Shown here: positions 9,101 through 16,588 of the stretch, one piece after another
Layout: every line of letters starts with the position of its first letter
Position numbering within the stretch: the first letter of the stretch is position 1
From: Escherichia phage MirsaeidiM_Esher6
Strand: one strand, 5' to 3'
DNA: 22,558 bases
Sequence record: PQ585404
Translations under genes and position numbers: made by a program
Notes under the pieces: model-generated
Told to the model about the DNA's origin: nothing
The model's input: only the letters and a program-made list of their open reading frames with translations
The model's database searches: none

Positions 9101-10007
9101 CCTTGGCCTTCTCTTGGTCCAACTTCTGGTTCTCAAGCGCCAAGTTAATAAGCTCGGTCAGGTTCTGAGGAGAGCCACCAGTAATGACACCGTAATACTG
9201 AGGGAGAACTCCAGCGTTACGAATCTGGTCCAGCTCCTCACGAGACCACTTATGGTTGTTCCAGCGGGTAGGGTTGAACACATCGCCAATGACATCAAGT
9301 GAGTCCTCGGTCTGACCAGCGCGGATAGCCACGCCGACCATAGAGTTCTTCACTTCAGCTTCTGTAGCCGAGCCGAAACCGAACCACGTAGAGCGGCCCT
9401 CTCGTTCCTGCATGGTCTCGCCAGTAGACTTATAGAACATCTCACTGAACGATTCGTTGGGAGCTTCAGGTGCTTGACCCTCAATGTTTAGACCAGCAGC
9501 GGTCGGAAGGTTCTCACCCAGAGCTACTTTAGGTTTAGCCTTGAGTCCTTCCGTGAGTGCGTCAAATACGTTAGCGCTTACTGGTGGAGTCTTTGGGGTT
9601 ATGCCTCCCGCACCACTTAAGGCACGAGAGACGCCAGTCTTGTAGACCTCATGGTCATACCGGGAACCAGTCTCGTGGTAGCCGATAGCCTCAGACAGAG
9701 AGGCGAGGACATCAGGGTTCGTCAAGTCGATACTTTGGGTCGCTGGAATGCCAGTAGCAGCCACAACCGAGTCTATGTAAGACTGAGTGTCGTTCTCGCT
9801 GGGGGGCGCCCATCGGTTGATAATCTTCTCGATTGAGTCATAGCCTTGGCGACCGTAGCTTTGAAGGTTTTTCGCTAAGGCTCGGACCCCAGATTCAGGA
9901 CTGTCGAAGATGACGAATGCACCATCGTCGCCTATAGCACCTTCCCACTGGTCTTTGGACTTACGGAGGTTACCGGGGTTTGCGTTCCTTACACCACGTG
10001 TTGCCAT
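6111..10007 (-). CDS. gp16: Internal virion (core/ejection) protein D, T7 gp16-like
   Basis: 1298 aa; from about residue 130 onward it aligns by eye with T7 gp16 (e.g. GGSPQNLTELINLA, GKTTKDMKD, FDSDMSIVLPNGQTFSVNNLREWDM). ATG with SD AAGGAG. The N-terminal ~130 aa does not resemble the T7 SLT domain. Confidence 0.88.
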   Translation of the reverse strand: MATRGVRNANPGNLRKSKDQWEGAIGDDGAFVIFDSPESGVRALAKNLQSYGRQGYDSIEKIINRWAPPSENDTQSYIDSVVAATGIPATQSIDLTNPDVLASLSEAIGYHETGSRYDHEVYKTGVSRALSGAGGITPKTPPVSANVFDALTEGLKAKPKVALGENLPTAAGLNIEGQAPEAPNESFSEMFYKSTGETMQEREGRSTWFGFGSATEAEVKNSMVGVAIRAGQTEDSLDVIGDVFNPTRWNNHKWSREELDQIRNAGVLPQYYGVITGGSPQNLTELINLALENQKLDQEKAKAGTGAQLAAGVIGAGVDPLTYVPIAGQVGKGAKLVNKMFTVAAQSGALAGVSEMARTSVAGGDTHVAEAILGGALFGGGMTAIADGLGRALGRNTNEFAGPATRLEARETARNIDGQDLSRLPIQEGEQTFSHQGVKFADVPNEQGSVRLEDGSILIGENPLNPKTRKVFDEVIEPERAAAGVNLGGLTEIGLKLLRSENPEIRGVAADLVRSPTGMQSGASGKIGTTASDVFERLRAVDHRFYNDIDDAVTEALKDPYFQTAFWRDSGAFRQDIYQRVSMAIEDGSGNLKAELTPGELKVYDLLKNQFDAKREMMENPAMFGRPDAQSIFPGSRFKGTYVPHVYSNQMKELYIKELGSPEALQEAIKKSWLTSYASRPEVKKRVDEALLEADPTLTPEGLAAAVDKYANDKAYGISHTEQFERSSVMEENINGLVGLENNSFLEARNLFDSDMSIVLPNGQTFSVNNLREWDMDKIVPAYNRRINGDIAIMAGTGKTTKDMKDLVETMMNKAGDDGKLKGEVSTLRDTLKILTGRARRDGADDAAFATVMRTMTDLSFFAKNAYMGVQNLTEIGGMLARGNVRAMLHGVPIFRDLAFRNKKVGASEIKDLHNVIFGKELDDSIRPSKQDVIDRLRSYSDLGRGTATALGTAKYYTGELAVRSPFTKVLNGTTNYLLDAGRQGFLSDIVEHSLTGSKRKFDDRWLKTAGISDEQWKGIKSLIRESVTRGPDGKYTIKDKKAFSQDPRAMDLWRMGDTIADETLLRPHKLSNMDAKAYGPIAKTVLQFKNYVIKSINGRTMRTFYNATKNNRAMDAALSTVISMGLAGMYYMAQAHIKAYAMQDGRDREYLKQALNPTMIGYAALSRSSHLGGPLGVANILGGIAGYEDTKLLRSSILPRSPTEKPERAITFGAATSDPVMNVVGNFLEQVPAFGYAANVGVSAYNLAGYLKADTRVNERDYMTGMYNTFRELVPNDPITQKLLLGTFEEQGIHIKD

Positions 10008-10012
10008 TATTA

Positions 10013-12295
10013 TTACTCCTTACTGATTAAGGTGTTTGCGATACCCTCCAGTGAGACGTCATTGTACATCCCACCGCGCTTCTCGATGTTGGCCTCTCGG
10101 TCAGCTCGACGTTTGTCACCAGCAGCTTTAGTCCCGACGATACGCGCTCGCTTGTTAGCGTCACGTTCTGCCTGAGCATATGCGGCATCTTGTGCCTTCT
10201 GCTGTTGTTCGCGGTAGAGTTTACCTACAAGTTCTTTATCGTAGCGAATACGAATAGTCCCTGTAGCGTCTTGGAGGAAGATAGAGCCGTTCTGTTCAAC
10301 AACGGACAACTGAGAGTTAACTACCCAAGGGTTGGCCTTAATGAGCTGCTTACGAGCGGTGTCTATAATGTCTCGACCAACCTGCCACGACTCTGGGTTA
10401 TCCCCGACCATAAGCTGGTGCTTGGACGCCATGCCGATGGACTTACCGTCAGAACCTTCAGACTGGAACGTTACGGTGTTCTCATTCAGCCAGCGTTGAG
10501 TCTGCTGAGTTGCAGCGTCAGCGTTACCTGTACGATAGTACCATGAGTCCCAGACCTTACGAGCACTTGAGTCTAGAGACGTAGGAAGACGCGAAAGGTC
10601 CTTATTCCGAGAGTCGTTCTTCAACTCCTGCCACGCCCTGTCTGACTCCATGCGCATCTCACGGCTTTGACTTGCAGCTTGCTTATCAGCTTCAATCATC
10701 GTCTGAGGGTCCAGACCCATCTTATCCATCTGGTCGAACGTAGAGAACAACTGAGCTTGGTCAGGATACAGAGCAGCGAAACTTGAAGGGTCCTGAGTGT
10801 AGGCACGACGAAGAGATTCGAAGCGTTGCATCTTGTCTGGGTCGTACTGCCCACGGATGACCGCAGCTTGCCACTCACCAGCAGCGTCCTGAGTAAGCGT
10901 TTGGAAGGCATTACGGAACGGACCGTTGTTAGTGTCAGCTCTTAATAATGCAACCTTCTGTGCGTCCTTAGCAGCCTCAGGGATGTCCATCTGGTCAATC
11001 TGCTGTAGCTTAGCAGACGCATAGTTGTTCATGTCTGAACGCTTGAACTCTCCTGTGGCTACAGAGACCGGAAGGTCCTCATAGTTGGTGGACACGTTGT
11101 CTCCAGCCAGACGTCGCTGATACACTTGGTCAATGACCAGTTGCTTGTTCTGGGTCTGGATTAACTTCGTGTTCTCCTTCGCCTGTTCAGCAGACTTACG
11201 CTTTACCGCTTCCAGTAAGCTGGCTTCGGCATTAATAAGCATCTGACGCTGAGGCGTGAGTTCTTCACCCGGTTGAAGCAGGTTGTTCTGCTCCTTGAGT
11301 TTTTGAATCTGGGCCAGACCGATGGTTGGGTCATCCTGAAGAATCGCAGACTGAACGCCTAACGACAAGTCTTCCTGATACTTAGCCACCAGCTTGTACT
11401 CAGTTCCTTGTGCCTCAACAATAGCAGCGTTGAAGACATCAGGTCCTACAATCTCTTCGACTGTAGCATCCACGCCGTTAAGGGTGATTCGCTCGCCTCG
11501 TACTTGCTGTAGGAAGTTTGAGCCGCCTGACTTCTGGATTGCGTCACGGACCGTCTGGGTAACGACCTCCCGCGCTCGCTGGTCCGAGGGGATAGCAGCA
11601 GTAGTCAGTCCATCACGAAGGTAGGCCATGAATGTCTTGCCAGACTCAGGTGAACGCATCAGGTCGCCATCGTTCAGGAATGAGTTCATCTCAATACGAG
11701 TGTTCAACATTGCTGTCTCTTCAGACTGCTTGCTGAAATACTTATTGAAAGACCCATAGATAGCGATGTTGCGGTCTGTGATGTTATCGTTGAACCCACG
11801 CTGGAAGAACTCGTCTGTAGGGTTAATACCCGCCTCTTCAGCATAGGACTTAGCGGCGTCCTGAAGTCGCTGGTGGCGATACTCTTCCATGTCCTGACGT
11901 GTACGGAACTCACCGTTCTGAATCTTAACGTTAATCTCGTCGTCTACAGCAAAGGCAGCATTACGACCAGTCTTGACTCGAAGTGCTTCCATAGCGTAAG
12001 GGTCGTCCTGATACAGCAGTGTGCCGTTCTGGATAGCCTCACGTCTTTGTTGAGGTGTCAGCTTACGGATAATCTCGTTAGACCGCTCGTCGGCCCGTGT
12101 CTTCTCCTCGTCCTTGAACTGCTTGTACAATCCAGTCCCAGACTCAACGAAGTTGGTTAACGCCCGAGCCAGACCTGAGTCACCAGTTGGAGCCTGAACG
12201 CTGGCTGCTTGATAGTTGACGGCGATAGTTTTACCCGGCGCTCTGCCACGACCCATAGTCCGATTAGCCAGAGCTGATTCAATATTACTAGCCAT
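10013..12295 (-). CDS. gp15: Internal virion (core) protein C, T7 gp15-like
   Basis: 760 aa (T7 gp15 is 747 aa) at the syntenic position. ATG with SD GAGGAGG. Confidence 0.82.
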   Translation of the reverse strand: MASNIESALANRTMGRGRAPGKTIAVNYQAASVQAPTGDSGLARALTNFVESGTGLYKQFKDEEKTRADERSNEIIRKLTPQQRREAIQNGTLLYQDDPYAMEALRVKTGRNAAFAVDDEINVKIQNGEFRTRQDMEEYRHQRLQDAAKSYAEEAGINPTDEFFQRGFNDNITDRNIAIYGSFNKYFSKQSEETAMLNTRIEMNSFLNDGDLMRSPESGKTFMAYLRDGLTTAAIPSDQRAREVVTQTVRDAIQKSGGSNFLQQVRGERITLNGVDATVEEIVGPDVFNAAIVEAQGTEYKLVAKYQEDLSLGVQSAILQDDPTIGLAQIQKLKEQNNLLQPGEELTPQRQMLINAEASLLEAVKRKSAEQAKENTKLIQTQNKQLVIDQVYQRRLAGDNVSTNYEDLPVSVATGEFKRSDMNNYASAKLQQIDQMDIPEAAKDAQKVALLRADTNNGPFRNAFQTLTQDAAGEWQAAVIRGQYDPDKMQRFESLRRAYTQDPSSFAALYPDQAQLFSTFDQMDKMGLDPQTMIEADKQAASQSREMRMESDRAWQELKNDSRNKDLSRLPTSLDSSARKVWDSWYYRTGNADAATQQTQRWLNENTVTFQSEGSDGKSIGMASKHQLMVGDNPESWQVGRDIIDTARKQLIKANPWVVNSQLSVVEQNGSIFLQDATGTIRIRYDKELVGKLYREQQQKAQDAAYAQAERDANKRARIVGTKAAGDKRRADREANIEKRGGMYNDVSLEGIANTLISKE

Positions 12296-12306
12296 TAGTC
12301 CTCCTC

Positions 12307-12873
12307 TTAGCTATGACCTGTAGGTGTGCCTTTAGCAGCACTAATCGGTGCAGCACCATCACCAGAGCTGGACGCTCCAGAGATTGACTTACCAGCAGCG
12401 TACCCCTGCATCCCGGCGCTTGCAACATTAAGTGCATGAGCCAGTGGGCTGGTCTTGATGATTTTACCTTGACCGTGGATAGCAGACTTGGTGTTCTCAA
12501 TGTTGGCGATACGGTTCCCGAAGATAGCCGCATAGTCACGGTTGTAGCTTTCGGTAATCCCTGCTCGCTCCTTGACTGTATCTCCTGCGACCTGACGTTC
12601 AATCCTGTCCATAGAGTTACCTTCCAGACCGGACTCAGCCACCGCAGCTCGGACCATACCCTGATTGCGGATACCGTTGAGCGTGGTCTCTGTCAGTTCA
12701 GCCATCTGCTGCTCCTTCAGGTCTCGCTCCTGCATCTTCAGGTTGGCATCAGAGTAATTCATTTGTTTAATCATCTCCTGAGCCTGACGGTTCTGAGCGT
12801 CAATTGCTGCACCTTCGGCCTTGGCTTGTTGAGACGCGGACATAGTGGCCCCTGCTACAGCCATAACGCCCAT
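12307..12873 (-). CDS. gp14: Internal virion protein B, T7 gp14-like
   Basis: 188 aa, Ala/Gln-rich; MSASQQAKAEGAAIDAQNRQAQEMIKQ parallels the T7 gp14 N-terminus. ATG at 12873 has no obvious SD, so the start is slightly uncertain. Confidence 0.78.
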   Translation of the reverse strand: MGVMAVAGATMSASQQAKAEGAAIDAQNRQAQEMIKQMNYSDANLKMQERDLKEQQMAELTETTLNGIRNQGMVRAAVAESGLEGNSMDRIERQVAGDTVKERAGITESYNRDYAAIFGNRIANIENTKSAIHGQGKIIKTSPLAHALNVASAGMQGYAAGKSISGASSSGDGAAPISAAKGTPTGHS

Positions 12874-12900
12874 GCCGATAGAAATTGGTTCGCAAATTTT

Positions 12901-12975
12901 CTAATCCCCCTTCCGGCTATCAGCCAGATACTTAGCAGCCTTCTCAATCTTGCAGACTGTGCAGACCTTCGTCAT
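12901..12975 (-). CDS. Small ORF (24 aa, CxxC) translationally coupled to gene 13
   Basis: Absent from the ORF track (below its size cutoff). ATG overlaps the gene 13 TGA as ATGA, with SD AAGGAGG 5 nt upstream. Translation MTKVCTVCKIEKAAKYLADSRKGD, stop TAG. Confidence 0.4.
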   Translation of the reverse strand: MTKVCTVCKIEKAAKYLADSRKGD

Positions 12976-13430
12976 ACGTCCTCCTTGGAGATTGTGAATA
13001 ATTGAAAACGCTCACCAGTGACAGGACTCTCGGTCCAATCATCATGGAATTTAGCGCCAAGCAACTTCAAGAATTTAATGTGAGACTTATTGTCTGACCA
13101 CACGTAGTTCCAGATGGTCCCGTATTGGTCTAACATTAAGTCCCTGTACTCAGAGATACGCTTTATGAACTCCCGCTTCTCTTTAGGTCTCAGCTTATAG
13201 ACAAGACCTGAAGTCAAGAACCATACGTTATCCCCTTGGTTTCCACCATATGCAAACACTTCGCCTACACCGTTCGTTAAAACCACAGATGACGGAGATA
13301 AATGCTTAAGCAGTCTTTCAGAGAGACCCACGGTTGACCCGTAGTTTGCTTTGCATTCATTAACATCATCTGCCGAAAGATGCCGCATAAAGTAGTGGAC
13401 ATCTGGTTCCGTAGCCTTGCGAATATACAT
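12972..13430 (-). CDS. gp13: Internal virion protein A, T7 gp13-like
   Basis: 152 aa directly downstream of a phage promoter, between genes 12 and 14 as in T7. ATG with SD AGGAG. Confidence 0.72.
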   Translation of the reverse strand: MYIRKATEPDVHYFMRHLSADDVNECKANYGSTVGLSERLLKHLSPSSVVLTNGVGEVFAYGGNQGDNVWFLTSGLVYKLRPKEKREFIKRISEYRDLMLDQYGTIWNYVWSDNKSHIKFLKLLGAKFHDDWTESPVTGERFQLFTISKEDV

Positions 13431-13459
13431 AAAGTCTCCTTATAACCTTAAGGGACTAT

Positions 13460-13482
13460 AGTCCCTATAGTGATAGTTAAGG
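13460..13482 (-). promoter_or_regulatory. Phage RNAP promoter upstream of gene 13 (phi13-like)
   Basis: Minus strand CCTTAACTATCACTATA|GGGACT. The initial transcribed sequence GGGACUAUAGUCCC is a perfect hairpin. Confidence 0.75.
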
Positions 13483-13506
13483 TAAATCTATAGGCCCTTC
13501 AATAAG

Positions 13507-15864
13507 TTAGACGGAACGAGCTTTCTTAGCGTATGACGCCTCCCAGCCACATCCAACGATTGACACTGGGGTAGGATAGTCGGACTCTAAGGTTAGACTC
13601 GTGGTTAATGCGTTACCATTCATAGCGAAGCGATACTGCCCGTCACCAATGTTAGTAGTCCCTATGGTTTGCTGACCAAGGGTGTACCCATTAAAGGTGT
13701 TAACGAACTCTCGCTCACCGTTTCTGACAATGAGTCTCAGAGCGCCAGTGTCCTTGTAGTTGACCCAAGCCCGACGAAGCTGTAGACGACCAGTGTCTTC
13801 AGACTGAGTGCCTCTATCATCTTCAATCTTAATCAGGAACCGTGAGAACTTGTAGGACATCATATAGGACCGTCCGATGAACACTGTACGTCCTGACCAA
13901 TCGCCGTTGAGGGTAATCACAGTAGAGATACTGGTTAATTCCCCAAGGTCCAAATAAGCACCCTGACTGTCAATCAGATAGTACCGACCGGGAGACGGAG
14001 CGCTACCGCCATAAGCAGCACCAATGTCAACCGTAGTCTTATATGTGTCAGCATTAAACGAGCCAATTGGGATGACCATAGACACCTTGGAGTCAACGTG
14101 GAGTCTATACGGCTCTGACGGAAAGTCAGTTGCCTCCTTGATGAACTTAAGGTGCTCAATGTCTACCCCTCCTTGATGCTGACGAACGATGAACATGGTA
14201 GAGCCAATAGAAGCAGACGCCAGAATCTTATCATCTTTAGGGAACTCCCAGTGTGACCAAGAGGCTTGAAGCTGTACGCCGTCCTTAAACAAGAACTTGT
14301 AGATGTAGATACGGTTGTATGCACCTGTAGAGTTGACGCAGATGTAGTTCTCAGTCCCTGTACCTTGAATATCAAACACCCCGTTAGGGATGTAGGACAA
14401 TACGTGACCGGTTGTATCATCAGCATCCTTCACATCAGACACATCAGCTACAGCGAAGTATCGCTTAATGCTGGTGAATGACCCACGAGGAGCTGAGAAG
14501 AAGACTGAGCGTCCTACAGCGAACGGTCTGGCATTGTCGCCTAAGGCAAACTCTGAGCCTACATCAAGCTGGATAGACTTCGAGGTAAGGACCCCAGAGC
14601 TTGTCATCACGAACTGAACTTCATCCGACCAAAGTAGTAGCTGCTCGCTAAACGGAACGGCATACTTAAGGATTGAGATTCGAGGGTGGCTTACAGCTAC
14701 ATCAATAGGGTCATCATCACTCAGTGTCGCCACACTCTTAGGGAAGAACGCAAAGTAGCTGGCTGAACGGCTCATGATTACGTTCTCGCCTGACAAGAAC
14801 CCAAGCCTATTCCTGTAGAAGAACACATCGTTAATCGTAGCATCCACGAAGCTAGGCATAGGGTTTGTGTCATCATTCCCAGCACCACGCTTAGACCAGT
14901 CCAGAGCCTTGAACTCAAAGGAGCCATCAGTTTGTCGTACCAGAGCGTGTGGCATTGTGGTGTTATTGAACCCAGTGACAACTCCAGGCTCCACTGTCTC
15001 CTTCCACGTCTTAGTGTTGGAGTCATACATCACGTAGTATTCGTCGGCGCTACTGTTTGTCTCACCTTGAATCTTAATGATATACCCATTAGGAGCGGCA
15101 AGAGGTAGTTTAGAGATTGTCTGCACAGTATCTAGGACTGGGCTTATTAGCTGGTTAGCGTAGCCATCCTCCGTCTCTACTGAGTTAATATCGGTCCCAG
15201 AAGGAGCTGTGATTAGCAGGAATCCAGACCCAAGGTCAAACGTGAAGGTAGGGTAGGCAGTGACAAGAAGGTCTCTCAGAGCTGCACCAATGGCTTGAGC
15301 GTCCACCTTAGGCGGGTCATTCTCGGCATCGTTACCTGCTGGTAGCTTATGCGAGACCTTAACGCCACCGTTGATTCCCACCTTAAGGGTTCGACCATAC
15401 TGTCCACCACGCAGGTTAATTAAAGCTCGTGCTTTGCGGTTATAACCAGAGTGTGACTTCTCGCTTCCACCTTTGACGACAACCTTACGGTTAACGACGA
15501 ACGTATAGTCTGCCACGGTAACGACACGGATGTCATCTCGTGGGTTTGAGGACTTAACGTAGTCTACCTCACCTGACACTGAGTATTGGTTACCACTCAA
15601 GTCAACTACCTGAATGTCGGACCCATTGAACACGATGTAATACTGCTCATGCTCGTCACGGTTAATCAGGTGGAACTTAGGGTTGCTCCCAACGTCGATG
15701 TTAAGACGTCGCTTGAAGACTGTAGGTGGACGCTTCTGGAGTCCATCACTCTCGGATGACCAGCAGTTAACCTGTGCCTCTCCTTGGTCTGAGAACCTCA
15801 GGATGTCAGGCTGTTGGCTAATGCCACCCTTAAGATTTTTTATGCTTTGCGTAATAAGAGGCAT
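13507..15864 (-). CDS. gp12: Tail tubular protein B (T7 gp12-like)
   Basis: 785 aa (T7 gp12 is 794 aa) at the syntenic position after gene 11. ATG with SD GGGAGGG; start overlaps the gene 11 stop. Confidence 0.85.
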   Translation of the reverse strand: MPLITQSIKNLKGGISQQPDILRFSDQGEAQVNCWSSESDGLQKRPPTVFKRRLNIDVGSNPKFHLINRDEHEQYYIVFNGSDIQVVDLSGNQYSVSGEVDYVKSSNPRDDIRVVTVADYTFVVNRKVVVKGGSEKSHSGYNRKARALINLRGGQYGRTLKVGINGGVKVSHKLPAGNDAENDPPKVDAQAIGAALRDLLVTAYPTFTFDLGSGFLLITAPSGTDINSVETEDGYANQLISPVLDTVQTISKLPLAAPNGYIIKIQGETNSSADEYYVMYDSNTKTWKETVEPGVVTGFNNTTMPHALVRQTDGSFEFKALDWSKRGAGNDDTNPMPSFVDATINDVFFYRNRLGFLSGENVIMSRSASYFAFFPKSVATLSDDDPIDVAVSHPRISILKYAVPFSEQLLLWSDEVQFVMTSSGVLTSKSIQLDVGSEFALGDNARPFAVGRSVFFSAPRGSFTSIKRYFAVADVSDVKDADDTTGHVLSYIPNGVFDIQGTGTENYICVNSTGAYNRIYIYKFLFKDGVQLQASWSHWEFPKDDKILASASIGSTMFIVRQHQGGVDIEHLKFIKEATDFPSEPYRLHVDSKVSMVIPIGSFNADTYKTTVDIGAAYGGSAPSPGRYYLIDSQGAYLDLGELTSISTVITLNGDWSGRTVFIGRSYMMSYKFSRFLIKIEDDRGTQSEDTGRLQLRRAWVNYKDTGALRLIVRNGEREFVNTFNGYTLGQQTIGTTNIGDGQYRFAMNGNALTTSLTLESDYPTPVSIVGCGWEASYAKKARSV

Positions 15865-16430
15865 TAGTCCCTCCCGATGTCAGACATCATGTTGTAGCGA
15901 CCAGTGTCCATCTCATACTCCATAACCTGCTGATAGAGTTCTGCTTCCTGCTCACGAAGGTATAGCTCTGACTCCGGGCTACCGAAGAACTTAGCGTTGA
16001 ACTCACGGCTAGCTTTAGTGACGATGTAGTCCCTGAAGACCACAGGCATCTCGGAGAATGGCTTCATCTCCACAAGCTCTACCGTGATAGGGTCGGTGAA
16101 AGTGGTTGACTGAGTGGACAGGTCGTACAGGTATCCACCCATGTTGCTGTAGTAGCTGGTGGCCCCAGCGGTCATTACACGAAGGTATGACGGCAAGAAT
16201 CGAATCCTATTGTCTTGGACATCAGGTGTCAGGACAGCAGCTTCATTGATGTTAAAGTTCCAGCCTTTAGCTTGGACCTGACGATTAACACGATGCAGGA
16301 TACGTTGAGCGTTCGAGACGTCAGCGTTACCTTCGTCAAGCTGTAGGACTGCCGGTTCACCGATAGCAGCTAACATATCGTTGATGGCGTCTAAGTCATC
16401 GTTAGCATTCAGTGGAATGTATTGAGCCAT
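15864..16430 (-). CDS. gp11: Tail tubular protein A (T7 gp11-like)
   Basis: 188 aa; ...AINDMLAAIGEP...AQRILHRVNRQVQAKGWNFN...VTKASREFNAKFFGSPE... matches T7 gp11 motifs. ATG with SD AAGGAG. Confidence 0.88.
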   Translation of the reverse strand: MAQYIPLNANDDLDAINDMLAAIGEPAVLQLDEGNADVSNAQRILHRVNRQVQAKGWNFNINEAAVLTPDVQDNRIRFLPSYLRVMTAGATSYYSNMGGYLYDLSTQSTTFTDPITVELVEMKPFSEMPVVFRDYIVTKASREFNAKFFGSPESELYLREQEAELYQQVMEYEMDTGRYNMMSDIGRD

Positions 16431-16441
16431 AGGTTTACTCC

Positions 16442-16531
16442 TTAACGGTCATAGGCGCTAGACGGTGAGCTGGACAGCAGGTACGCCCAGAATAAGACGA
16501 ATAGTGCTAACCCTGTGTAAATAAGGACCAT
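16442..16531 (-). CDS. Small hydrophobic ORF (29 aa) between the T-phi-like terminator and gene 11
   Basis: Absent from the ORF track. Translation MVLIYTGLALFVLFWAYLLSSSPSSAYDR. SD AAGGAGGG about 4 nt upstream of ATG. Its TAA stop lies inside the gene 11 SD (cgTTAAGGAGtaaacctATG). Confidence 0.4.
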   Translation of the reverse strand: MVLIYTGLALFVLFWAYLLSSSPSSAYDR

Positions 16532-16544
16532 AGTCCCTCCTTAA

Positions 16545-16582
16545 GCAAAAAACCCCTCAAGCACCCGAAGGCACCCAAGGGG
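16545..16582 (-). terminator. T-phi-like transcription terminator after the capsid gene
   Basis: Minus-strand RNA CCCCUUGGGUGCC-UUCG-GGUGCUUGAGGGG followed by UUUUUU. The stem needs G-U pairs, so it forms only on the minus-sense transcript. Very similar to T7 T-phi (AACCCCTTGGGGCCTCTAAACGGGTCTTGAGGGGTTTTTTG). Confidence 0.85.
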
Positions 16583-16588
16583 TTTCAA

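Noticed and set aside
12436-13005. 189-aa plus-strand ORF antisense to genes 13.5 and 14
   Set aside because: Antisense to well-supported virion genes, with no expression signals and no recognisable motifs.
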